A model generated the notes under the pieces. That model ran no database searches and was not told the origin of the DNA. It saw nothing but the letters and a program-made list of their open reading frames with translations. The translations under genes and the position numbers were made by a program. DNA of 64,000 nucleotides from an uncultured Methanomicrobiaceae archaeon (lineage in GTDB: Archaea > Halobacteriota > Methanomicrobia > Methanomicrobiales > Methanoculleaceae): contig CAWGXH010000004.1 in NCBI GenBank assembly GCA_963826525.1, forward strand, positions 864,001 to 928,000, given 5' to 3'. The stretch's first letter is position 1. Every line of letters starts with the position of its first letter. This document shows positions 21,915 to 30,967 of this stretch, in pieces.

Positions 21915-23203
21915 AGGCCGAGTTCCTGATAGACGATATCATCCGGGAGGGTGAGCGCCATGCCGATGAGGTGGAGGTCTTCTTCACCGAAGGGAGGAGC
22001 ATCTCCGCCGAGATCAAGCAGTCCATCATCGGGATTGCCGAAGAATCGAGGGGCTGGCGAATTGCCATCCGCACCATCAAAGACGGGCGGATCGGTGTAT
22101 CGAGCACGGGCGATCCTGCAAAGTGGAAGGAGTGTCTTACCGCAGCCCTCGCAAGCGGGCGGATCGCCACGGCGCAGGAGTGGTACGGTCTTCCGAAGCC
22201 CACCGATATGGTGAGCACCGCTCCGTCGTCCGATCCCGATCTCGTCGTCGAGGCGGAGCGGGCATCCGCACTCATCGCCGGGCTCCTCGAAGGAGCGGCA
22301 GAGTATCAGGTCGACGTGGCCGGCGGAGGTGCCGATCTCTCCCGCTCGTACCTCACGATCGCAAACAGCAACGGTGTCCGATACGGCATGGAGCGGACGT
22401 ATGCCGGCGTCTCGCTTGAGGCGATACGGGAGCAGTCCACAGGATACGAATTTATGGCCTCTCCGTTCGCCGCCGATATCGATCCCCGGTGGGTCGGCAA
22501 GCAGGCGGCATTCCTCGCATCGCACTCGGTCGGCGGGAAGGATATCGCCACCGGACACTACGATCTCATACTCTCGCCGGTCGCCGCCGCCCAGCTCATC
22601 GGGACGATCCTTATCCCCGCGCTATCGGGGCGGAATGTGCAGGCGGGCCGATCGCACCTCGCAGGGAAGATCGGTGAGCAGTGCACGGACGAGATGCTCT
22701 CGATCTACGACGACCCGTTTGCACGGGGCATGGGGAGCACCTGCTGGGACGCTGAAGCAGTCCCTGCCCGGCGGCTCGACTACATCCGGGACGGCGTCCT
22801 CCAGTGCTTCGCCTACGACTTAAAGACGGCCTACCGCTACGGCGAGGAATCCACGGGAAGTGCCGTTCGTTCCGGTGGCGAAGGCTCGCCCTCGATCGGT
22901 GTCCACAACCTGGTAGTGGACGGCCCCCGGACGACACTCGACGACACGCGGGCGATATTCATCAACTCGGTTGTCGGTGCTCATACGGCAAATCCGTTCT
23001 CCGGGGACTTCTCTCTTGAGATCTCGAACGCATACTGGGTAGAGGATGGAGAACCCGGCGATCCTATCCGGACAGCGATGTTTGCGGGGAACGTCTTTGA
23101 GATGCTGAACGGTATCGGCGGACTCGGGAATGACTCCCGAATTGTCGGACGGCTTATTATCCCATCCATACGGTTAAATAACCAGCAGATCATTGGTAAA
23201 TAG
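21911..23203 (+). CDS. pmbA: PmbA/TldE-family protein
   Basis: Overlaps the tldD stop; DDP...DAEAV, GAHTANPFSGDFS, GNVFEML; no HExxxH. Confidence 0.9.
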   Translation: MKAEFLIDDIIREGERHADEVEVFFTEGRSISAEIKQSIIGIAEESRGWRIAIRTIKDGRIGVSSTGDPAKWKECLTAALASGRIATAQEWYGLPKPTDMVSTAPSSDPDLVVEAERASALIAGLLEGAAEYQVDVAGGGADLSRSYLTIANSNGVRYGMERTYAGVSLEAIREQSTGYEFMASPFAADIDPRWVGKQAAFLASHSVGGKDIATGHYDLILSPVAAAQLIGTILIPALSGRNVQAGRSHLAGKIGEQCTDEMLSIYDDPFARGMGSTCWDAEAVPARRLDYIRDGVLQCFAYDLKTAYRYGEESTGSAVRSGGEGSPSIGVHNLVVDGPRTTLDDTRAIFINSVVGAHTANPFSGDFSLEISNAYWVEDGEPGDPIRTAMFAGNVFEMLNGIGGLGNDSRIVGRLIIPSIRLNNQQIIGK

Positions 23204-23469
23204 TGATGATAGAAGCGATCATCACTATTATTCTCGCCGTAGCCATTGCGGCGGCGATCTACTTTCTGCTGAAAAAGGCCATGACCCTCGTGATAAACGC
23301 GGTTGCCGGGATTATCACGCTCTATCTGCTGAACGCCTTCCACGTGCTGAGCTGGTTTGGCGCACCTGATATCGAGATCAACCTCGTTACGGTGTTGGTC
23401 TGCGCATTCGGAGGGATCGCCGGGGCGTTACTCCTCGTCCTGCTCGATCTGGTCGGGATCACTGTATAA
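23203..23469 (+). CDS. BofA-family small membrane protein
   Basis: Three hydrophobic helices with LVINAVAG and INLVTVLVCAFGGIAG patterns typical of BofA-like proteins. Confidence 0.7.
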   Translation: MMIEAIITIILAVAIAAAIYFLLKKAMTLVINAVAGIITLYLLNAFHVLSWFGAPDIEINLVTVLVCAFGGIAGALLLVLLDLVGITV

Positions 23470-23657
23470 TCCCTCTTTTTCTCCGGCTTCCCTTCTCTCC
23501 GCGAAAAAACTCCTTCTGAACGGCAGAGAGGTGGTCACGAAGGGGGTTTCGACCCGCTATAAACCCGAAAAAACAATCGGAGGAGTGCCCTGCCGGCTCT
23601 TTAAGGGAAGTATCGGAAAAAGCGTGATGCTGCTGCATCATCCCTATTTGGCATGCA

Positions 23658-24148
23658 TCAGACGAAGAGACGAAGTGCAGCGGCGAGCAGGACGACCGAT
23701 ACCGGGATCACCAGTGTCGTCTAGTTCATTGCGTGGGAACCTTCGAAGAGGACGAACTCAAGGACGTTCACGAACAGGATAACGATGATCAACTGGGCAA
23801 GCGACGTCTTGAGGTGGCTGATGCTGTCCACGCGGAGCCAGCGGGGAACTTGGTTCATCTCGTCCCCGTCGATATGCCTGACACAGAGGTTGAGGACACC
23901 GAAACAGAAGATCAGGAGGACCAGTGCGAAGAGAAATGCGTCCATGGAGTCGACGATCATGAACATCACAGCCGCATCGTGTGTTATGGTCACTCCTTCC
24001 TTGACGGTTACCTCGTGACCCTGCAGGTAATAGGAGAACCCGATGAGTCGCTCCACCCGATGATGAACCTGAGCACCGCGGCAAAGAACGAGGCCACGAC
24101 GGCGATGATGCTAACATATCGGAACAGGTAGAACTGTTCGGTTTGCAT
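23658..24148 (-). pseudogene. YqhA/UPF0114-family membrane protein with a frameshift (near 24055) and an in-frame TAG (23721-23723)
   Basis: VDSMDAFLFALVLLIF, WLRVDSISHLKTSL. Reading through the TAG gives a final TM helix TTLVIPVSVVLLAAALRLFV*. Confidence 0.65.
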
Positions 24149-24211
24149 GGAAGAGCTCCGCCTTCTTTAGGATATGGTCGTTATGATGCGATTTTGCGGG
24201 CAGAGAGTCGA

Positions 24212-24907
24212 TTAAAAGACATTTGCCTCGGAATAGACCATTACCTGGTCAGCCAGGATCTCGAACGGCTTGATCTCGCGTGAGTGCGCCGACCGGCGCA
24301 TCTTCACTACCTCGAGCGCCAGGTGCACCTCCGCGATGTTCGTGGGGCGGACGTAGCGGAGGAGGATCACCGTATCGGAGAGATACTCGACGAGCCCGTA
24401 CTTGCTGGTGAACTGGTTGTTCTTATCGGTCTCGCTCGTGAGGAGGAAGGTGCATGTCTCGTCCCGCATCGTCTCGATGAACTTGAACATCTCCTTTCGC
24501 CTGACGGACTCGTCTTCAAAGAGCCCCTCAAAGAGAGATATCGGGTCGATGACGACACGTGCCGCCCCGACGCTTTTGATGAGAGAGGGCAGTTCGCTCT
24601 TGATGCTGCTGATGGCGATGTTGAAATCGGTCGGATCGAGCCGGATGAGGAAGAACGAATCCTGGAAAGTATCCATGTCCCATCCCTTCTGCGCCATCGT
24701 TGCGCGGAGGAAGTCTTCCCGCTCCTCAAGGCTGATGTAGATGACCTTCTCGCCTCTCGTAAGCCCTTCGTAGACGAACTGGAGGGCGACCGTCGTCTTC
24801 CCGGTACCGTAGGTGCCGACGACGGCACAGATGCTGTGCTCGAGGAGGCCACCCGAGAGCATGGCATCCAGGCCTTCGATCCCGAGATTTACCCGCTGCT
24901 GTTTCAC
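24212..24907 (-). CDS. KaiC/RAD55-like single-domain ATPase with intact Walker A
   Basis: GIEGLDAMLSGGL, GTYGTGKT, YISLEE, VVIDPIS, LEVVKMRRSAH. Confidence 0.9.
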   Translation of the reverse strand: MKQQRVNLGIEGLDAMLSGGLLEHSICAVVGTYGTGKTTVALQFVYEGLTRGEKVIYISLEEREDFLRATMAQKGWDMDTFQDSFFLIRLDPTDFNIAISSIKSELPSLIKSVGAARVVIDPISLFEGLFEDESVRRKEMFKFIETMRDETCTFLLTSETDKNNQFTSKYGLVEYLSDTVILLRYVRPTNIAEVHLALEVVKMRRSAHSREIKPFEILADQVMVYSEANVF

Positions 24908-25743
24908 ACGACCACCCGTATGTTCCTGACTTCAAAGCCGTTCGCTGCCGAGATCTTCACGGCGAACTTCACCAGATCCCGCTCCTCGAGGTACGGCATG
25001 ACCCCCTGGAACTTCTCGAAATACATGATCCGCTGCCTCCGCTGTGCGCCGACATCCTCCCACCGAAACAGTATCAGCGCATCGGTGCAGTCTGCTATCT
25101 CGATCTCCTTTGACTCCTCCAGGATTCCGGCGGTGAGCAGGAGGTATATCGTTGAGTTCCAGCGTTTTGCAACCCTCTGGAGCCCTCTGAGGAACGCAAT
25201 CAAGGTATGCCAGTCCGCGTCGTTCGTATACGTGGTGGCGATATCGGTCAGCGAATCGAGGATGATGAGGCTGTTCTGCTTCTTCGAGGAGAGTATATGG
25301 GAGAGATCGGCTAGGATATCTCCGTTCTCTTTCCGCTGCTTCTTCTGAAGGCGGGAGAAGATATCCCCGTCCCCGTACCATCCCGGCGGCACGATACTGG
25401 CGTCGAAGTAGAGCTCGGAGAGATCCTCGAAGACGACCTCCTGCTGTAGCAGGTTGTAGTTCCCGGGGTTGAAGGAGAGCGTGATCTCCTTGAGCACGTC
25501 CTCCCGCATCTTGGTGAACGTGATGTACGCAATCTCGGTAGGGAGCAGCGCATGCTGGTTCTGCCCTCCGCCGTTTGCCTTCAGGAGGGAGAGGGATACA
25601 ATCGAACTGTGTGCAAACTCGGTGTTCCCTGCACCGATCTCACCGAGAAGGAGCACCACCGAGCCCGGGGGGATCCCCCCGTCCAGGACTGGGTCGAGCG
25701 ACGATAGGCCGGTGGGCATGCGTACACGGAGATGATCCTGCAT
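24904..25743 (-). CDS. KaiC/RAD55-like ATPase with degenerate Walker A
   Basis: PTGLSSLDPVLDGGIPPGS, GEIGAGNTEF (no catalytic Lys), ILDSLTD, FEKFQG. Confidence 0.85.
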   Translation of the reverse strand: MQDHLRVRMPTGLSSLDPVLDGGIPPGSVVLLLGEIGAGNTEFAHSSIVSLSLLKANGGGQNQHALLPTEIAYITFTKMREDVLKEITLSFNPGNYNLLQQEVVFEDLSELYFDASIVPPGWYGDGDIFSRLQKKQRKENGDILADLSHILSSKKQNSLIILDSLTDIATTYTNDADWHTLIAFLRGLQRVAKRWNSTIYLLLTAGILEESKEIEIADCTDALILFRWEDVGAQRRQRIMYFEKFQGVMPYLEERDLVKFAVKISAANGFEVRNIRVVV

Positions 25744-25947
25744 AACTCATCTAGTATATGGAGATGGTGCTATAAAATATTCTGATTCTTTCCGTAACTC
25801 CGAAAAGTATGGGAAAATTCACGCCTCTGGTATAAAAGAATGGATATTATTATAGAGGCGATCCCACAAACAGATACCATACGTAAAAGGTCCGGTGCCG
25901 TGCAGGATCGCAGGTCATCCATCCGCCTCACCACAGGAAGAGATCTC

Positions 25948-27905
25948 ATGCCTCCTGTGCGAAGATTCTGTTCGCCCGGCTCCTGAAGACCAAGCGGAGA
26001 AAAGATGTCCATGCTGCGAGACGACGAAACCAGACGTGTCCCGGAAGAAGCCCTGGAGCAGGTCTCTCCGCTTCAGGGCGACAGTACGGGTGAAGACGCC
26101 CCTTGATGCCGGCGGGGAAACGGCTCCGGTGCCGCCCGCACAACCGCGGGCTCCGTCCAGTAATCGCCAGGAACTTGGCGATCTGGATCTGCCCGATACC
26201 GAGATTACAATGCCGGCAGAACTCCTCCGATACCTCGAGCCCTCGGATACGGCTGTCTCCCGGAGGGGTCCTGCAGCGCTTCTGAGTGAAGCCGTTCGGA
26301 AGATCCTTCCGTCAGGGCGGCCGTCTATACCCGCTGTACCGGCTCTCCGCAGAACCGCGGGATTTGTCGAGGAGTACAATCTGACGAAGCACGGATACCT
26401 GGTTCATGCAGAGGTGCCTCACGACTATGAGGAGAAAGAGCGCTACTGGATCCTGGAGGGATGCTCGGAGGTCTGCATCGCGCGCAACAGACAGACGAAC
26501 CAGGATGAATATCTCCTCTTCGAGCCGGTGCTCTCCCGCTTCGAGTACCGATCTTCTCGAGCGGCTCTATGAAGATCTGCGGGATGTCCTGATCCTCTCT
26601 GAGGAGGAGATGGCCACCGACCGGCGTCGGGTGCTCTTTGAGAAGGTGCAGACGCTCTTGAAAGAGTACGGCCTTACGCTTGAAGAGTCGTCGCTCTTCA
26701 AACTGCAGTATTATATCCTCCGAAACTTCCTCGGGTGGTCGCGGATCGACGCGCTGATGAAAGACCGCCAGATCGAGGATATCTCCTGCGACGGCATCGG
26801 TATTCCGATCTTCCTGTACCACCGGCGGTACCGCAATATCAAGACGAATATCACCTTTGAAGAGTCGGCATTAAACTCGCTCGCCATCACCCTCGCCCAG
26901 CGGTCGGGCAAACATATCTCCATTGGAAACCCGATGCTGGACGCGACGCTTCCCGACGGCTCCAGGCTGCAGCTGACGCTCGGGACGGAGGTCACCACCC
27001 GCGGGACCTCATTCACCATCCGGAAGTTCCGTGAGGTGCCGTTCACCCCCATCGAGCTGATCGAGTCGAATACCTTCGACGTCGACGCGCTGGTCTACTT
27101 CTGGATGGCCATCGAGAACAACCGAAGCCTGCTCTTCATCGGGGGAACCGCATCCGGAAAGACGACGTCGCTCAACGCAGTCTCGCTCTTTATCCCGCCG
27201 CTCGCGAAGGTAGTCTCGATCGAGGATACCCGTGAGATCACCCTCTTCCACGAGAACTGGATAGCGAGCGTCACCCGCGAGTCGGTGAGCGAAGGGCTCG
27301 GCGCGACGATCAGCATGTTCGACCTCTTAAAAGCGGCTATGCGTCAGCGGCCGGAGTATATCCTCGTCGGTGAGGTTCGTGGCCAGGAGGCGCAGACGCT
27401 CTTCCAGGCGATGAACACCGGCCACACCACCTTCTCCACGATGCACGCGGGCGTTGTGGATGCGGCGATTCACCGGCTCGAGAGCGCTCCGCTGAATGTT
27501 CCGCGGAACATGATTCAGGCGCTCGACATCGTCAGCGTCCAGGCACTCATCTACCAGGGGAGAGAGCGAGTCAGGCGCTGCCAGGAGATCGTCGAACTCG
27601 CCGGGATCGATCCGATCACCGGGAACCTTCAGGTAAACAACGTCTTTGAGTATGACCCCGTCTCCGATACCTTCTCCTTTACGGGAAGGTCGCGGATTTA
27701 CAACGAGATCATGGAGTTTCGCGGGTGGACGAAAGAGCAGCTCGATGGCGAGATCGCCGTGCGGCGGCAGATCCTTGAGGCGATGCGGGTTCAGGGGATC
27801 ACCGATTACATATCCGTCTCCCGGATCATCCAGGCATACTCCATCGACAGAAAGACAGTGCTTGAGCGTATCGACGACCTCTCCAGCGTCGGCAGGATGG
27901 GATGA
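25948..27905 (+). CDS. Type II/IV secretion (PilB/ArlI-like) assembly ATPase; frameshift near 26549, 5' end uncertain
   Basis: IEDISCDG, LPDGSR, FTIRKF, GGTASGKTT, SIEDTRE, RQRPEYILVGEVRG, TGHTTFSTMHA. Confidence 0.9.
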
Positions 27906-29846
27906 ATGAGGTTCCAGCCAGTATCCAGGCTCCGGCAGGGCATTCACTGGTGGGTGACGCGCGACTCGATCAGGTACCGGGGTCTTCGTGCGGATATGAT
28001 CGCGGCCAACATCGGCATGACTGTCGATCACTATATTCTCCGGGCGATCGCGATCGGCATGCTCGTGGGTGTAATCTGGGCGGCCATCGGCTACCTCGCG
28101 GCAAACCTCTTCCTCACTCCGCTTCTCTCGATCCGGGTATATAACGTCTTCAATATCGCGCTTCCGTCGCTCATCCCTGCCGAAATCTCGTTCGGGCTCC
28201 TCAGGGTAGTCGCAACGACAGTTATCTTCCTCGTCGGCTTTTACCTGGTGTATGCTTTTCTCATGCGCTACCCCTCGTTCCAGAAGGGCAGCCGGGCGAC
28301 CAAGATCAACATCCTCCTCCACAACGCCGTCTGGTACATGTATGCCATGCGGCGGGGCGGCGCCCACATGATGGTCATATTCCGCTCGGTAGCGGAGAAC
28401 TCGTCGATCTACGGTGAAGTATCCCATGAATTCCGGAGGATCGTCCGGGATGCCGATTACTTCGGCTATGACATGATCACCGCCATCAAGCATCTCCAGG
28501 AGACCACGCCTTCCGATAAGATGCGGGACTTTCTCCAGGATCTCACCTCGGTGATCGACAGTGGTGGAGACGTCCTTGAGTTCCTCGGAGCCCGGGTCAG
28601 GATATATCAGGAGGAGGCGAGGTTCGAGCAGAAGACTTTCCTCAGTACACTGGCGCTCGCCGCCGAGTCGTACGTGACCCTCTTTGTGGCAGGCCCGCTC
28701 TTCATCATCATCATCATGGTCGTCATGGGGTTCATGGGCACCGCTCCGATCATGGAGCTCTCGGTCGTCACCTACCTGCTCATCCCGCTCGGTTCGCTCG
28801 TCTTCATCCTCTTCATCGATATGATCTCGATCAAGGGAGAGAGTGTCGAGCGGTACATCGGAACGAAGTGGCTGCATGAGTTCTCCGATGTCAGAACCGA
28901 GCAGCGTGAGGGGGAAGAACCGCTCATTGCGCAGCTCGAGCGCTACGACCGGCTGCGAAAGGTGCGGGGATTTCTGCGCCACCCCTTCGAGACGTTCCTC
29001 ATCGAACCGAACCGGACGTTCTACATCACCGTTCCGATAGCCCTCTTCTATATTGTATATACCCTCCTCTCAACACCGCAGTATGCCGATATCGAGATCG
29101 TTATCGATATCATCGACGACCATATTGCCTTTTCCTTTCTGATTGTCCTCCTTCCTTTCGGTATCTTCTACCAACTCTGGCGAAACAAGGTCATGGGCAT
29201 CGAAGCGGGGATCCCCGACTTTCTCGATCGCCTCTCCGGGATCAACCAGGTTGGGCTGACCCTGGCGCAGGCGATCTCGATCCTCGTGAAAGCAAACCTC
29301 GGCGTACTCACCTACGAGGTCAAGCGGATCAAGCGGGATATCGAATGGGGCGCCAACATCAACGAGGCGCTCATCCGCTTCGAAGAGCGGATCCGCACCC
29401 CGGCCATCGCCCGCACCGTCACGCTGATCACGAAGGCCAGCCAGATGACCGGCGATATCGGTGAGGTCCTCAATATTGCAGCCCGTGACGCAGAGATGTC
29501 GGAAGTCTTGAAGAGAGAGCGCTTTGCGGAGATGTTCATCTATACCGTGATCGTCTACCTCGTCTTTTTCGTCTTTCTCTTCGTCGTGGTCGTCATCGAC
29601 AGCCAGTTCCTCTCGGTGCTGGCGGAGATCGACACCCAGGGTCTCAAGGGTGTCGGCGGGGCTATTCAGATGGGGAATGCACCGATCATGACGTTCGAAC
29701 GTCTCCTCTACCATACCTGCCTGCTCCAGGCACTCTTCTCGGGACTGATTGCAGGGGAGATGGGCGAGGCGTCCATTCGGGCGGGCATCAAGCATGCAGC
29801 GGTCATGGTCGTCATTACGATCGTCGTTTTCACGATCTTTCTCTGA
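27906..29846 (+). CDS. Type II secretion F-family / PilC (ArlJ-like) membrane platform protein with two GspF domains
   Basis: YGEVSHEFRRIV...TPSDKMRDFL...DSGG and a second domain PDFLDRL...ALIRFEERI, plus multiple TM helices. Confidence 0.9.
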   Translation: MRFQPVSRLRQGIHWWVTRDSIRYRGLRADMIAANIGMTVDHYILRAIAIGMLVGVIWAAIGYLAANLFLTPLLSIRVYNVFNIALPSLIPAEISFGLLRVVATTVIFLVGFYLVYAFLMRYPSFQKGSRATKINILLHNAVWYMYAMRRGGAHMMVIFRSVAENSSIYGEVSHEFRRIVRDADYFGYDMITAIKHLQETTPSDKMRDFLQDLTSVIDSGGDVLEFLGARVRIYQEEARFEQKTFLSTLALAAESYVTLFVAGPLFIIIIMVVMGFMGTAPIMELSVVTYLLIPLGSLVFILFIDMISIKGESVERYIGTKWLHEFSDVRTEQREGEEPLIAQLERYDRLRKVRGFLRHPFETFLIEPNRTFYITVPIALFYIVYTLLSTPQYADIEIVIDIIDDHIAFSFLIVLLPFGIFYQLWRNKVMGIEAGIPDFLDRLSGINQVGLTLAQAISILVKANLGVLTYEVKRIKRDIEWGANINEALIRFEERIRTPAIARTVTLITKASQMTGDIGEVLNIAARDAEMSEVLKRERFAEMFIYTVIVYLVFFVFLFVVVVIDSQFLSVLAEIDTQGLKGVGGAIQMGNAPIMTFERLLYHTCLLQALFSGLIAGEMGEASIRAGIKHAAVMVVITIVVFTIFL

Positions 29847-29911
29847 GCGGAAACCGGCGCCTCGACAGGGTTTTATATCCCCCTGTTCAATCATGGTACC
29901 GGTGATCTGTG

Positions 29912-30067
29912 ATGTGTAGTACCGGCGGCGGACCTGATGTTGAATGGAATGACCGGCTGAAGGGGAGCAGAAAGTATCGGTGCAGGGACTGCGAGCAGTC
30001 GTTTGAAAGCCCGAGTAAGCGGCCGATGTGCCCGAGCTGCCAGTCCGAGGATGTGGAAGCGGTCTAG
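29912..30067 (+). CDS. Small Zn-ribbon protein (51 aa), missing from the ORF track
   Basis: MCSTGGGPDVEWNDRLKGSRKYRCRDCEQSFESPSKRPMCPSCQSEDVEAV*; CxxC-x12-CPxC; TTTATA box upstream near 29871. Confidence 0.8.
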   Translation: MCSTGGGPDVEWNDRLKGSRKYRCRDCEQSFESPSKRPMCPSCQSEDVEAV

Positions 30068-30094
30068 CGCTTCGCCGGAGTATCTGCCTCGCGT

Positions 30095-30592
30095 ATGCCG
30101 GACCGAATGCATGTACCTCTCACGGAGGGTCTCCTCCTGATCAGGGGAGAACACTCTTTTTTGCTGATCGGAAAAGCGGGTCGGCGGTATGCCCTTCGCT
30201 TCGAAACCTTCGAGAAGGAGTACTCCGAGACCGTGGAGCCCGATGACCTGATTGTCGTCTCGGGGCCGGAAGGCGGCTCGGTGGAGGCGGCCCGTATGCT
30301 GCTTGAACTGGTGCGGGGGAATCACATTCCGCTGGTTATCCTGCCGAAGGGCCACCCGGGCTCGAAGCGGCTGAAAATGGTCGTCTCGGTCGCTCCAGAG
30401 ATCTTGCTTGCCTGCGACATCCAGCGCGGCACGCATCCCGAGCAGCATCTGCTCTGCTCATCCGGTGAACTTGCCGGGATGTGTATCTCCGGAGCGGAGG
30501 GCGGTGTTGAGATCGAATGGATGCCGCCATGTACGGCTATTGAATATTGGGAACCGGGTAGATATGCAGGGGACAAACAACAATATATATAA
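30095..30592 (+). CDS. Conserved hypothetical protein
   Basis: 165-aa ORF with host-like codon usage and the motifs HPGSKRL and RGTHPEQHLLC. Confidence 0.65.
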   Translation: MPDRMHVPLTEGLLLIRGEHSFLLIGKAGRRYALRFETFEKEYSETVEPDDLIVVSGPEGGSVEAARMLLELVRGNHIPLVILPKGHPGSKRLKMVVSVAPEILLACDIQRGTHPEQHLLCSSGELAGMCISGAEGGVEIEWMPPCTAIEYWEPGRYAGDKQQYI

Positions 30593-30637
30593 GTTCAATT
30601 TCATCAAATATTCATAGGCCGTGAGAAGGAGGGTTTG

Positions 30638-30967
30638 ATGAAGACCGAGGTCCTGAAGAGCATCAAAAAAACCGAGGAAGAGTATCAGGCGATGATCAGT
30701 GATGCGCAGGCGGAGAGGAAGAAAAACCTCTACGATGCGGAGCTTGAAGCTGAAAACCTGATTCTGAAGGCAACAAACGATGCCGAGGAATACAAGAAGC
30801 AGCGTCTCGCCTCTGCACGGGGACAGGCGCAGCAGAAGTATACTGAGATCGTCAAAAAAGGAGAGCAGAGCGCCGAAACACTGAAAACGCAGGGCAGCAA
30901 AAAACTCGATACCGCTGTCGATTATATCGTTTCACGTTTTAAGGAGCAGCTGAATGTTACGGCCTGA
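30638..30967 (+). CDS. ahaH: A1Ao ATP synthase subunit H (peripheral stalk)
   Basis: Charged coiled-coil, first gene of the operon, GGAGG RBS, TATATAA box near 30585. Confidence 0.85.
   Translation: MKTEVLKSIKKTEEEYQAMISDAQAERKKNLYDAELEAENLILKATNDAEEYKKQRLASARGQAQQKYTEIVKKGEQSAETLKTQGSKKLDTAVDYIVSRFKEQLNVTA

Noticed and set aside
27327-28982. Long antisense ORFs (e.g. 551 aa here, also 45984-47195, 15558-16817, 58610-59755)
   Set aside because: Shadow frames of well-conserved genes in GC-rich DNA, with no recognisable motifs.
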